A stretch of 55,876 nt of DNA from a bacterium (GTDB lineage Bacteria > SAR324 > NAC60-12), in the NCBI GenBank assembly GCA_965233585.1, contig CBDDTI010000581.1:1-55876 (forward strand), written 5' to 3'. Each line of letters begins with the position of its first letter. Position 1 is the stretch's first letter. The notes beneath the pieces were generated by a model. The model did no database searches, was not told where the DNA came from, and saw only the letters and a list, made by a program, of their open reading frames with translations. This document shows, in pieces, positions 32,797 to 45,169 of the stretch. The position numbers were made by a program, and so were the translations under genes.

Positions 32797-34659
32797 CTAT
32801 TCACAGCGGCAGGCTTTATTCACACAGAGCTGATATCCTTCGGGGATATCTTCCGACTGTTGATAATATCTTCCTGGCAACGACAATAGTGCCCCGCAAG
32901 CAGGGATTGCTTTGTGATTTGCATCGAACTTGGCTCGATGCGCAGTTCGGCTAAATGAATTGAGTAAAAACATGTCGTCGTCAGATGACGATGACGAGGA
33001 TTCTGAGGAGGAACTGTCAGAATCTGAATCTGGCTGGTCATCAAAATTTACAGGTGGGCATGGTGAATCAGGAATCAAAAAGGACCACGAAAGGGGCTCC
33101 AGTCTCATGCCGAAATGCTCAGAAGGAATCGGAGGACCAGCACCTCGCAACAATGGAGTGGAAGGCTTCCACCCAGTTTGCAATCTTGCCATTATTGCAA
33201 TTTGCAAATGCACTTGCAACCACGTATCATCACGTGAATATCGAAAAGTGGAACCTTGTGGTTTATGGTGGCCTTGCTGCGCAATCCAAGACGGATCCAA
33301 CGCCAACTGATTTGCAATGGCAATCAAACCGCTTTTCAAACCGTGGACTGTGATGGCTTGGGTTGGCGTTGCCATTTGTGCTTGGGACACAAAGTACCGC
33401 AACAAATTTGTTGCTCGAACTAAACGCATTGGCCTGGCAAACATGAAGAAAGCGGGCCCTCTGATGTCTGGCACGAGAAATGTTGGGTCATAAACCTGAC
33501 CCGTGTCAGAAGACCACGTCTCCCAAAATGCTCTCAACTTAGTCAGAAACTTGCTGGCCCAGTTGACTGTGTGTGAACCCCGCAAACCACAGGTTATGGC
33601 TGCGAACGCGAAACCTTGCTTGCTATTCTTGCTTTTCCAAGCTTTGCCACGTAGCATGCCATGTTCTTCGTGCAGCGAACACAATTTGCATCGTTGGATA
33701 TCACTGAATCGCAAACCTGCATAAAACATCAAGAGAAATGCCCCGGCTAAAATACACAAAGCAGTTGGGGTCTGAGGATCATGCACGACAGTTTCCAAGA
33801 CGCTGGCAAGGAAAACGGGCGCCGGAGTAATGGACTCCGAAATGCCAATTTTTGCGGAGGAGAACAAATAACTCCGAATCAGTTCAGATTTCAACGTTTC
33901 TAATAGTTTTGGAAATCCAAAAAATTTGGCTGCCCAGGAGACGCCACGCAAGAAATTTACATACGGTGCTTTGACTGCTTTGGTGCGGTTACACAATTCT
34001 CTCAAGCAATCTGCAAACTGAGGGACTGGCACATCCGGTGGTGACCACCGGCAAGCATCACAAAATTCCACGAAACGTTTCCAAGTCTTCAAATATCTAT
34101 GTATGGTCTGGTCGGAATACACATGTAACATGTTATGCAAGTGCTCATCCGGATACGCAGAACTTTTCAACTGTTTTGCCAATTGGCTGGCATCTTGGTA
34201 GCGTGTCAAATACTCTCTGATCAATCTGACATGGTACAATCGCAAATCAGTTGATGGCGTAAAATCTGGCATCACAGTGGCAAACGGTGACCGACCCTTG
34301 GCTGGAAGCAACTTAGGCTCATGCTGAGGTTGCTCGCACCGAGACATCGGCCCTGCTCGGCATTCCAAACTGAGTGGCCTTTTTTTGGGCGATGGAAAAG
34401 AAAGACCTGCTGGTTTAGCATCTGCAAGCAAAGGAGGAACAACAATCTTATGGTTCAAACTCAAAGCGGGTGCTTTGGGCTTTGGAAATGGCAATGGTCC
34501 TCCAGCAGCTGCGTTTGTCTGCAGTTTCCGTGAAGGTGCTTTGGAAAAACTAGTGCAGGTCTGCAAGCCCAGGTTGGACTCAAAATTATGCGGGGCTGCT
34601 TTTGACATGCTGACGCCCGATCCAGAGTTTCTGCGAGCAGCCTCAAAAGGCCGAAACAA
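32797..34659 (-). CDS. Tyrosine recombinase
   Basis: AGLRFSD (R), WKSK (K), HGLK (HxxR variant), QGHH, RYSRDD (Y); C-terminal H/C cluster. Confidence 0.9.
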   Translation of the reverse strand: MFRPFEAARRNSGSGVSMSKAAPHNFESNLGLQTCTSFSKAPSRKLQTNAAAGGPLPFPKPKAPALSLNHKIVVPPLLADAKPAGLSFPSPKKRPLSLECRAGPMSRCEQPQHEPKLLPAKGRSPFATVMPDFTPSTDLRLYHVRLIREYLTRYQDASQLAKQLKSSAYPDEHLHNMLHVYSDQTIHRYLKTWKRFVEFCDACRWSPPDVPVPQFADCLRELCNRTKAVKAPYVNFLRGVSWAAKFFGFPKLLETLKSELIRSYLFSSAKIGISESITPAPVFLASVLETVVHDPQTPTALCILAGAFLLMFYAGLRFSDIQRCKLCSLHEEHGMLRGKAWKSKNSKQGFAFAAITCGLRGSHTVNWASKFLTKLRAFWETWSSDTGQVYDPTFLVPDIRGPAFFMFARPMRLVRATNLLRYFVSQAQMATPTQAITVHGLKSGLIAIANQLALDPSWIAQQGHHKPQGSTFRYSRDDTWLQVHLQIAIMARLQTGWKPSTPLLRGAGPPIPSEHFGMRLEPLSWSFLIPDSPCPPVNFDDQPDSDSDSSSSESSSSSSDDDMFLLNSFSRTAHRAKFDANHKAIPACGALLSLPGRYYQQSEDIPEGYQLCVNKACRCE

Positions 34660-34982
34660 TCATGATCAATTTTCCGTTGGCACTTTTCATTGTCATCCTC
34701 TGACCAATGAAACAGCTAAACTTGATTTATGCGTCGTTGGAAGTCAAATTGTGTTGACTAAGATCGGCCACCGAATCCATTGCTCACGCTACGGCGAGCA
34801 AAGCAGTGAAATCAAAACTATGGAATTGAATGACAGCTGCCTGTCTTCTGTGGATTTTGTCTTTTTTTTGTTTAGATGGTTGCCATGGAAAACCATGAAA
34901 AATTAGATGAAAGCCTTGTTTCAAATGCACAACCAAAAAAGCAACCGTAGCAAATGCAGTGACTGTCATGGAAGAAGGCGTT

Positions 34983-35115
34983 AAAAATTAAAATGCTGCG
35001 ACCTGCCGCGGTCTCCAAAATGTGATTTGTTTCGCTTGGAGCCACAATTCATCCGTGATGTTCTGCATCCAAAACTCTCCCTGTCGCCTAACCTGACCAA
35101 ACCTGACAGGTCCAA
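34983..35115. repeat. Split direct repeat A1
   Basis: 133-bp match to 28017-28149 with about 3 mismatches. Confidence 0.95.
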
Positions 35116-36880
35116 TACATACATACATACATACCTTACATTACATTACATTACATACATACAATACAATACAATACATTACATACATACATTACATTAC
35201 ATACATTACATTACATACATTACATTACATACATTACATTACATACATTACATTACATACATTACATTACATTACATACATTACATACATTACATACATT
35301 ACATACATTACATACATTACATACATTACATACATTACATACATTACATACATTACATACATTACATACATTACATACATTACATACATTACATACATTA
35401 CATACATTACATGCATTACATGCATTACATGCATTACATACATTACATACATTACATACATTACATACATTACATACATTACATGCATTACATACATTAC
35501 ATCCATTACATACATTACATACATTACATACATTACATACATTACATACATTACATACATTACATACATTACATACATTACATACATTACATTACATACA
35601 TTACATACATTACATACATTACATACATTACATACATTACATGCAGTACATGCATTACATACATTACATACATTACATACATTACATGCATTACATACAT
35701 TACATACATTACATACATTACATACATTACATACATTACATACATTACATACATTACATACATTACATACATTACATACATACATACGTACATACATACA
35801 TAACATAACATAACATTACATTACATTACATTACATACATTACATTACATACATACATACATACCTACATACATACATACATACATTACATACATACATA
35901 CATACACATTACATTACACTACACTACATTACACTACATTACACTACATTACATTACATTGCATTGCATACATACATACATACACACATACATACATACA
36001 TACACATTACATTACACTACACTACATTACACTACATTACACTACATTACATTACATTGCATTGCATTGCATTACATTACATTACATTGCATTACATTAC
36101 ATTACATTACACTACACTACATTACACTACATTACATTACATTACATTGCATTGCATTACATTGCATTACATTACATTACAATACATTACAATACATTAC
36201 AATTTAGCATGGCGCTCTACCACGTTTTCTTCAAAGCTATTTTGTCCAAGTTTGGGTAATTATTGACCCTAAGTTTGGTAATTATTGTCCCCAACTTTTG
36301 GGAATTTTTGTCCCCAACTTTTGGGGATTTGGGAATTTTTGTCCCCAACTTTTTTTGGGAATTTTTGTCCCCAACTTTTGGGGATTTGGGAATTTTTGTC
36401 CCCAACTTTTGGGGATTTGGGAATTTTTGTCCCCAACTTTTGGGATTTTTTGCCCCCAACTTTTGGGAATTTTTGCCCCCAATTCCCAAATCCCCAAAAG
36501 TTGGGGGCAAAAATTCCCAAAAGTTGGGGGCAAAAATTCCCAAAAAGTTGGGGACAAAAATTCCCAAAAGTTGGGGACAAAAATTCCCACATCACGAAAA
36601 GTTGGGGACAAAAATTGCCAAAAGTTGGGGACAAAAAATCCCAAAAGTTGGGGACAAAAATTCCAAAAATCCGAAAAGTTAGGGACAAAAAATCCCAAAA
36701 GTTAGGGACAAAAATTGTAAAACAGTGCCTAAAGAGATAGCCCAAAAACATGGTAGAGAGACATGCTAAATTACAATACATTACAATACATTACAATACA
36801 TTACAATACAATACATTACATTACATTACACTACACTACACTACATTACATTACATTGGATTACATTACATTACATATTA
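35116..36880. repeat. (CATA)n/(TACAT)n/(TACATACAT)n compound microsatellite
   Basis: Directly visible; interrupted by a foldback element. Confidence 0.95.
36204..36769. mobile_element. Foldback-type non-autonomous TIR element
   Basis: TIR TTAGCATGGCGCTCTACCACGTTTT / AAAACATGGTAGAGAGACATGCTAA; 8-bp flanking repeat ATTACAAT (36196-36203, 36770-36777); internal GGGAATTTTTGTCCCCAACTTTT units invert orientation near 36480. Confidence 0.8.
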
Positions 36881-38621
36881 CACATATGTATATATTTACA
36901 TATATTCCAAATATACATATTTTGGTTTGTATCATCCCCTATAATCATCAACCAGCACGGTTTTGCACAGTCTTCATTTTCATTTCTAGATGTGTTCCAT
37001 GTTCACCAGTGAAAATGCCACAGGCCAAAGGCTGTCCAAGATCTGCCTGACACGCACAGGTTCCCAGTTTTCACCCATTCCACAACGTCACCACCGGTCT
37101 CTTGTAGGTAGCGCAACGGTTTGGCCCAAGTGGGCACCAGCAAACACAACCATGGCACGGATTTTTGCATCACCCATCTGTCAAAGTCCAACTACAAACA
37201 AAACAACAGGGTGGGATGTTGGCGAGTCTTTGTTGCGACAAATTTCTGGCACTCGAACAAACAGGTAATGAAGTAAGTTATGGTTCTTACAATGAAATAA
37301 ATGTGTTGGTTGCACGGTTGCACTCAACTTCCGGATTCCATGTTGGTGCTGTACGTGGATGCGTGTTTTTTCTGTTGCATTTTCGCATCAGTGTATTGAG
37401 CAACACCGCTAGCGTGACATTGCCACATCCAAGTCCAAGTCGTGATTTGGCAAATAATATCTCCGGGTTCGCTGTGGTACCAACGTGGGACAGCACCTGG
37501 ACATTCAAATGAACGAATCACCCCGAACCCCCCAGTCAAAGGTTGACTCAAGACAAACATGCAACATCATTGCCAACGCACTTCGTTCGTACCAGCAAAA
37601 ACACCACCAACAGAAACGTTCAAACATCAAAGAATACCAATCAAACACATGTTTGTTGTTTTCATTCCATAGCACATATTGTGACAAAATGTTTCAAGGG
37701 GATCGCCACAGACAGATCCAGTATCTCAACCATCAACCATTTGGCAGCATCCGTCCAGGCCCAAGGTGCCAATACCGACCATCCAATGGATTTGAAAGCC
37801 ACTTCGATGACATTGTGTACAGTAAAAACACATAAAAACACAAGAACCACATTCCGATGTTCAAAAAAGTGTTCACCTTGCACAATGATAACCACATTCC
37901 ACTAAGATATTTAAAAACAAATGGTTCCTCAGCCTCAACCCTCATTTCCAAACGCGTTTGTGCCTTTTTGCATGGAATAATTTTTGTTCGTCAAAACCGG
38001 TTTCAGGTCCTTTGTCACACGTTTTCCCTCGATATTTACGGTGGATGTGCATGAGCCATGTTTCAGCCCACAAAAAACGTGAACATCACATAGTACATAG
38101 TGGGTGATGATTTTTTTTTAGGATTTTCATTTGTTTTTTTGTGTTTTTCAGTCTGAGGCAGTTTTCCTTCTTATTTGCTACATTTTGGGGTTAAAATCTT
38201 TGATTTGCATGCTATTTGCTGCATTTTGGAACCAAAATCTCTGATTTGGAGCTAAAATCTCTCTGATTTGCGTACTATTTGCTGCGTTTTGAACTAAAAT
38301 CTCACATTTTGCATGTTATTTGCAACATTTCGGAGCTGAAGTCGCAAATTTGGGTAGCTAAAATCGTAAATTTGCACGATAATTGCAACATTTTAGTTTT
38401 CACCCATTTTCCCATGGTTTTCAACGATGTCTGGATGGTTTTCATCGTTTTCTTGATCGTCTTCAATGATTTTTCCGTGGTTTCAAAGATTCTTTAGTGT
38501 TTTTTCTAGGGTTCTTGAGGGTTCAGGGTTTCATTGAAGGTTTCATATAGGGTTTGTTTTTGGGGTGTCGTTTAGGGTTTCTTTAGTGTTTTTTTAAAAG
38601 GTTTTTTAAGGGTTTCCTTTA

Positions 38622-38769
38622 TGTGAACGGGAGCGCACTTTTCTCGAACCACAATGGGCCTCAAGATACGTACATGGATTTTCCATGTATTTGGATGAAA
38701 CTTGTTACACTTCTCATCATGATTTGTGCATGTCATCCTTGTGCAGAGTGCTGTCAAAAATGATTTGCA
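38622..38769 (-). repeat. Putative 3' LTR (TG...CA, ~148 bp)
   Basis: Begins TGCA directly after the purine tract and ends TTCACA at the transition to a host repeat; no second copy in the window. Confidence 0.5.
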
Positions 38770-38942
38770 CTCCTCCTCGGCACTGTGAAGGCTGTGGGTC
38801 TCAGTGCCGCTTCACATTTTTTTGAAACTTTTGTGCACATCCAGCGTAGATTTTGCTGGACGTTCACAACCCAAAAATCCATTGAGTTTTGTCATGCATC
38901 GCCTCTGAAGCGTGCGCATCTTCGGCCATAGTATAGGCCACT

Positions 38943-40382
38943 TTACAGTCTGCCCTGATTCGTTGCTGTTTCTGACATTTGGAAGAGCAGATCTGCAATC
39001 CTTCTGTTGTAATTTTCCACCATCGTTTCTGTCACTCCATTTCTGATGTTCTCCAGCATCTGCATCATCATGTGCTGGAGTCTCGTTGCATCCTGTGGTT
39101 CTTCTCTCGGTAGAGCTAACCTGAACTCCACTTTCAATTCTTCCATCAAATCCGTCATGTTGGGATTTTGGAGAGGCCTCGCTGCTGTGACCTCGTCATC
39201 TGTACCATCTTCGCTTTCAGCTGCTTCTTCAGTGTTCTGGTTTGCGGTCATTTGAACATCTGTTGTTTCTCCAGCTTCCACGTACGCACGCTGTCTCACA
39301 AGATTCAGATACTGCCCTGCACCCACTGCGTTGTAAGCCACAAGATTGGCTCTTTCCTGAGTTCCCATGGAAATCAAATGATTTGGTGCAACTCCAAACG
39401 GAAAACGCAAGAATCCACTCAGTTCCACCACTGAATAATGAAGTCCAACCATATAGTCGTGACTTATCGACGCCTCATTGTTTGCTTCTGTAAGGCGACC
39501 ATCAATCATCATGAACTGGTTTTGAAGTCCATCGATTCTTGCAGCTTGCTGGGCAATATAGTTATCCTCATCTCCAACTTGGTTCCAGCAATGGTACAAA
39601 TCCCATTCCGCCTTTTCCAGTTTCTCTCCGTACGTACTCAAGCTGTTTTGTATTTTCCTCCATGCAAACCATGCAATGTATGCAAAAAGAAACCACAAGA
39701 CCAGCAAAGTCAGAATTGTAATCCACATTCCAAAGTGTTCATAGCGCTCGACCGCCTCGATGCTCGTGCTGGGACATTGCAAATCTCCAATCTCAGCACC
39801 TTCTGCAACCACCGGCCCAAGGCCCTGCACTGTGATGAGTAATGTGATCTCTCTTCTGTTTGTTTCTTGCTCTGCCATGTTGTTGTATTCTTCCAGTCCA
39901 AGCGGCTCAGCGGTATCAGCTTCGACCATGCCAATCCCACAAAGCAGAAAGAGTAACCTGGAGCGAGGTAGGTTTTTCGTTCCAACATCACTGTAGTTCC
40001 AAAGAGTTGGCACCTGGTGGATGATGACATCTCCATCCATGACCTTTGACTGCATCCACAGAAGCTTTCCTGAAAGGTGTCTGATCCTTCCAACTCCCTA
40101 TCTGGAAATCATTTGTCGGGCCGCTGAATTGTCTGTAAATTGATGGCGCTCCACATCAACAGAAAGAAGGAATTGTAGACAATTCCTGATGAAAATTCCA
40201 TCGCAGCAACCACCAATCATGCTATGCAGTTCGCTCTCGGCCGACGACAATGAAATCACTTTCTGTGAGCGACTTGAACCGTAGGCAAAGCATCCATTCA
40301 CAAAGTGGATTGAGCAGCTGGTGCTTCTCCTGTGTGCTTTGTTTGAGCTCCACCCCGCATCTGTGTAGGTCTCGAGAAGCAA
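38943..40382 (-). pseudogene. Copia RNase H with long C-terminal transmembrane/coiled-coil extension; in-frame stop at 40098-40100
   Basis: ORFs 40098-40382 and 38943-40055 are in the same frame: ISR*GVGRIRHLSGKLLWMQ. Confidence 0.8.
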
Positions 40383-41209
40383 AAACGCTTCTGTGCCGTG
40401 CTTGAACTTTCCAACACCATGTTCTGGAAATGGCAGTTTGACACCAATGTCAGCAGCCTTTCCGGAAGAACCTCCTCGGTGGTAGCTGCGGGCAGTTGCA
40501 CGAATGCTTCCGGCGAAGTGGCTGCAGCAAAACCTGTCGTGCTTTCGATGGGTCGCTGCATTGTTGCTGAAGGAAAAAAGTCAAGAACTGTTAAGAGCCC
40601 ACAAGAAATTGATAAGAGTGATGTGAAGAACAAAAAAGGAAAACAGAAGAAGGCCAACTGTTTGAGTTGGAATGAGTGGAGAAAAGTGAGAAAAAAGAAA
40701 GTTAGTCCGACGAAGAGTCCTTGTGACCATTTTGAGACGCGGACTAAGGATGACATGGGCCTGAGCTGGTTTTGGTTTGGGGTAGGTTTGGTTTGTGGTT
40801 TGGTTCCCCCCTTGGTTTTCCTCCTTTTTTGGGGTTCTCACTCCGCGCCTTGGCCTGCAACTAAAACCGGCCCCTTGGGCCTCCCGGGTCCCGATTGTAC
40901 TGGGGCAGCAACCATGGCCGAAGAGTCGTCGTTGCTGCTTTGGTGCAAGCGCTGTGCTGCGCTGACGAATGGTGCTGCTGCTACAGCACTTGGTTCTTGG
41001 ATGTGGGACTTGACTGCAAAACTTGGCTCACTTTTGGAAGTCCCAAAGAGGTTTTTTGACGTTGAAAAGGAAACTTCTGTCATTAAAGCTTCTCGTTTTT
41101 GTGGAAACAGAAGGATCAAAAAACCTAGAAAAGGGTGGAAACGACGTTTGAAACTCAGATGTAAGCCATGTCTGAATACTTCACTCTCTCCTTGTTATAC
41201 TGGCCAGCC

Positions 41210-42648
41210 AGAAGGCGATTTAGTTTTATGTGGCGGTGTTCAATTTGGAAGTTTTGACTTAACGGTTAATGGTTCTGCTTATTATAATTCAACCATAGAA
41301 TTTCCATTAGGAGGTTCAATTGTTTTAGGAACTGGTAAAGGTTATATCCGTTCTATCAATATAGGAAGTGGTAATCCTGCTTATGATTATTGTATTTTTG
41401 CTTCTGGTGGAATACATCGGTTTTATGTTGGTGGTAGTCCGTTTCCTCAACACTTAAAATTTCAATTGTCATTAACACAGGCATATTTTAATGTTGATGT
41501 CGTGTGCCATACTGAATTACAAACCGATGTCATCAATACAAAAAACGCTACTGATGTTGATTTAGTCTTCAAAAGAGGCGATGTTGCATATATGAAGTTT
41601 GAAGGAACGCTACAAGCAGTGGAACTAACAAAAGGTGCTCAATCAAACACTTATAATAGTATAGGTAATGCTGATGTTAAATTTAGAAGGAACACAATAG
41701 ACTTTATGTGTTTTAGAAACGGTAATGTAGAAGTAAATACGGGTATATCATTACTTGCTGAAAGTGCTAAATTTGATGTAATTGATAGTGCCACACCTAC
41801 CGATGTAGTCTTTAAAAGAGGTGGTGTAAATTTCTTTACATTAGATGGTGCTAACAGTATTATTAATGTTTCAACAGGTAGGGCGTTGTCATCTCAATAT
41901 ATTTATGGAGATTATTTTTACAATAGAAATTATGGTGCTGATATGGTTTTTCAAGGTAGTAATACAACAGATGACGGTTTAGTAGAATATATGAGATACA
42001 GAAAAGCAACTGAAGATGTTAATTTTTTCAAAAGACGTATATGTCAATCAAGACAAAAAGGCATATTTTCATAAAGAAACAAGCAAGAATAGTTATATAG
42101 TTAATGAAAATACCGCAGGTGTTAATCATTTCAAGTTAATCAATGAAGACCCTAACGGGGACATAAGATTTTATGCTAATAGCAGTATAAGACTTTTTAT
42201 TACACCATCAAAAGTTTCTGTTCCAGCACCTTATACATTAGAGGGAGACCTTGTAGATACATCACAAAAAGATAAGAAATATGATATTGAAGAAGCAAAT
42301 TTCAATTTTACAAAAATAGTAAATAGCATTAAACCTCATACTTTCAAAATGAAAGAAGAAAAAGAAATGGGAATAACTAAAAGTCATATAGGTTTTATAG
42401 CAGAGGAGGTAGAAGAAAATATACCAGAAAAAGTTGAAAATATACTCGTTGAAGTTGATGGTATTAAGAAATTAAGTTATATTAAAATGGGAAGTATCAC
42501 TTGGGGAGCAGTCAGAGAAATAATCAAAGAAAATGAAGACTTGAAAAACAAAGTTGAGCATTTAGAAATCCGCTTATTTGAAGTTGAAAACTTCATCAAA
42601 GATTTTGTCAAGCCTAAAGCAAAGGCGAAATCCAAATCAAAGAATTAA
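41210..42648 (+). pseudogene. 5'-truncated fibre/S74 gene, copy 2
   Basis: Near-identical to 16093-17529; extra T near 42025 causes a frameshift. Confidence 0.85.
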
Positions 42649-42671
42649 AAATCTAAAATCATATATACACA

Positions 42672-42878
42672 ATGGGCAATTCAAACAGCAGTGTTGAAAA
42701 CGACTACCTTGAACAAATCAAAAAGATAGACGAAGACAAAAAGACCCGAACAGATGTTTTACTCATCAAGAGCGTAAAAGAGTTGGTGGGAAGAGTGGAG
42801 AAACTGGAAAAGGAGAAACAAAACAAACTGATATATCAACTACCGAAACTACAACTCTGTAATTGGAGTTTGATATGA
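42672..42878 (+). CDS. Small MGxxxS protein, copy 2
   Basis: One amino acid difference from 17553-17759. Confidence 0.6.
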   Translation: MGNSNSSVENDYLEQIKKIDEDKKTRTDVLLIKSVKELVGRVEKLEKEKQNKLIYQLPKLQLCNWSLI

Positions 42879-44771
42879 ACAATTGATAATATTATTGTTA
42901 AATAATATTATTAATTGGATAATGAGTAGTGCCCATAGGGCAGACTGTCAGTATCGTTGAATCAATACCTTTTGTTGTCATAAGATGTTAAACCGACCTT
43001 GTTTTGCTTTATACTGTAGATTTGGTGGTTCTTACTTCTGATGGCATTGAAATTTACATTCTTTGGTGTGTGTTCGTGGAGTGTTGCCTCATAGTCTTTC
43101 ATATCTAAATCCCTTTTGACTTTCAGTTTTGGAACACCCTTTGCTTTCTTTTCTGCTTTCTGTTCGTTGAAGACTTTTAGACAATACATTTTAGGACGTA
43201 AAGCAATGAAGTTTGTGATGATTTTTCCATCCATCTCGTCCTTGAACTTGCCAAGGACTTGTTTATTAGTGGCATCATAGCAAGGGTGGTTCTTATCATA
43301 ACCGCTGAAGTCCATATAATCCTTTATTCCTTTCCAATCTTCATAGATGTCTTCGGTGAAAGTTTGTATAACATAACTGTCGGTGTCAGTATATATTAGT
43401 CTTACATCATCCTTATACCTTGCTTTTAAGACATCATAGTAGAAAGAATACATATGAACCTTTGAAAGGTCTAAAATTGACATTCCCAAATAGATAGGTT
43501 TATCCAACTTCAATACAGTTTTTGTTTTTTCCACTCCTGCCAGTTCTTCATTTATAATATGACATCCTTTGTAGTTAGGATTGTTGATACATTTTTGTAT
43601 CCTCTCCTGCGTTGATACTAATTCAAAGTCAATGTGGTTTCTGACATTCTCCATCGTTTTGCCATAAACGGCGTTGTTCATCAATTTGAACATATCCTTC
43701 TCAAAGTCGCTCTTCGCTACTTTTCTTTTTTCAGTGTTAAAATCTATCCAAGGTTTCAACCAACATCTCTGTTTGAACTTCACCCCACGATGAACTTGTT
43801 TGATTTTCATACCCTTTTGAAGGTAAAACTGTAATGCCTTGATATGGACTACATAGTTGGTTTTATCCATTTGGTTTAGGATAAGTTTTGGTTGTTTCTC
43901 ATCCCGTGCCTCCTTGCCATTATAGTAATTTCTATGTAGTTCCCTTTGGTGCTTTGAAAGTAGTTTCTCTTCAACCTTCATATTTTCAGGTGCTAATGGG
44001 TAATCCGCTTGTTCGTCCTGTATCTCCTTTGGATACTCTAAATCAACTTCCAGTATGTAGGCATTTTCATCGTTTTCATTCCAGTCCATTATCATCTTTT
44101 CTGTCAGTATCTTCTTTATCCACTTCAGTTTTCCTATGGGCAGTTTCATTGACATTGCCAGTCCATAGAGGTTATTAGCATCTAAATAATTGACATAATT
44201 AGATGGTCTGTTTTTATCATAGTCGTCCATCATATACTTATTATTTGCTTTTGCTTCCTTATGACTTACTTGACACATACCACCTCTCAAACCCTTCTCA
44301 ATCATCTCATACATCTCTTGGTCAGTTAAAGGGTCTATTTCAACACCAGTTTTTAGAAGCATAGCGTCCCAAGCAAAGTTAGGAAGGGTGAAATAATGTG
44401 CTGGGTCTAAACCGTAGTATTCCAAACAAAGGTCTCTAAAATTTTCAAAGACATCAGTGAGTAAAAGAACATCGGTTCTCAAATACAAGTCGTGGTATTG
44501 ACCAAGATTTCTTATACCGAAGTGTTCCCATATCCCTTTGTGCCCTTTCATACTCATCATCTTCAATATGACTTTCGGTAAGATTGCTGTAAAAATTTTC
44601 TTTTGGTGGTAGTTGTTTTTCCCTAAATTTGTCAAATGAAGTGAAGTAATCATAAGGATAAAAACACCTTTATCAGTTAGTAAATCTAAATCCTCATCAT
44701 TACTCACATAAGGGTTTCTTTTTCCCGAGAGCGTCTGAGCGCAGGGTTCTTCCAATAGTGGGGGTCTTTAT

Positions 44772-45130
44772 CTCATCTTCTCATCTTCACACCTTCTCAT
44801 CTTCACACCTTCTCTCACACCTTCTCATCTTCACATCTTCTCATCTTCACACCTTCTCATCTTCACATCTGCTCATCTTCACATCTGCTCATCTTCACAT
44901 CTGCTCATCTTCTCATCTTCACACCTGCTCATCTTCACATCTTCACATACTCACATCTTCACTTTCTCTCTCTCGCACTCACATCTTCACATACTCACAT
45001 CTTCTCTCTCTCTCTCTCCCTCCCTCTCTCTCTCTCTCTCCCTCTCTCTCTCTCTCCTCTTTCCTCTCTCCTTTCTCTCTCTCCTTTCTCTCTCCCTTTT
45101 CTCTCTCTCGCCTTCTTTATCTTTCTCTCT
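44772..45130. repeat. (CATCTTCT/CA)n and (CT)n simple repeats
   Basis: Directly visible. Confidence 0.9.
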
Positions 45131-45169
45131 TTAGGCCGAGGGTGGTGCCGGCGGGGAGTCACGAAACGT

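Larger units (their letters stand above)
27163..35115 (-). mobile_element. Tyrosine-recombinase (DIRS-order) retrotransposon with split direct repeats, apparently complete
   Basis: Minus-strand structure: A1 (34983-35115), ORFs, B1 (28149-28319), A2 (28017-28149), spacer, B2 (27163-27334); three long open ORFs. Confidence 0.93.
38622..41210 (-). mobile_element. Internally deleted Ty1/Copia LTR retrotransposon
   Basis: Copia RNase H (YTDAGW...RSTS...SSAESEL...TDNSAA...RHL...NYSDVGTK), purine tract GAGGAGGAG (38770-38778) and putative 3' LTR; integrase and RT absent. Confidence 0.8.

Noticed and set aside
35027..37050. YIH/LHYIT and GDKNSQK repeat ORFs
   Set aside because: Translations of microsatellite and foldback repeats.
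36900..38620. Possible host exons and degenerate repeats
   Set aside because: No recognisable motif; exon structure cannot be supported by eye.
40398..42074. 558-aa ORF suggesting a novel fusion gene
   Set aside because: It is antisense Copia sequence running into the truncated fibre gene across the duplication junction at 41210; no evidence of function.
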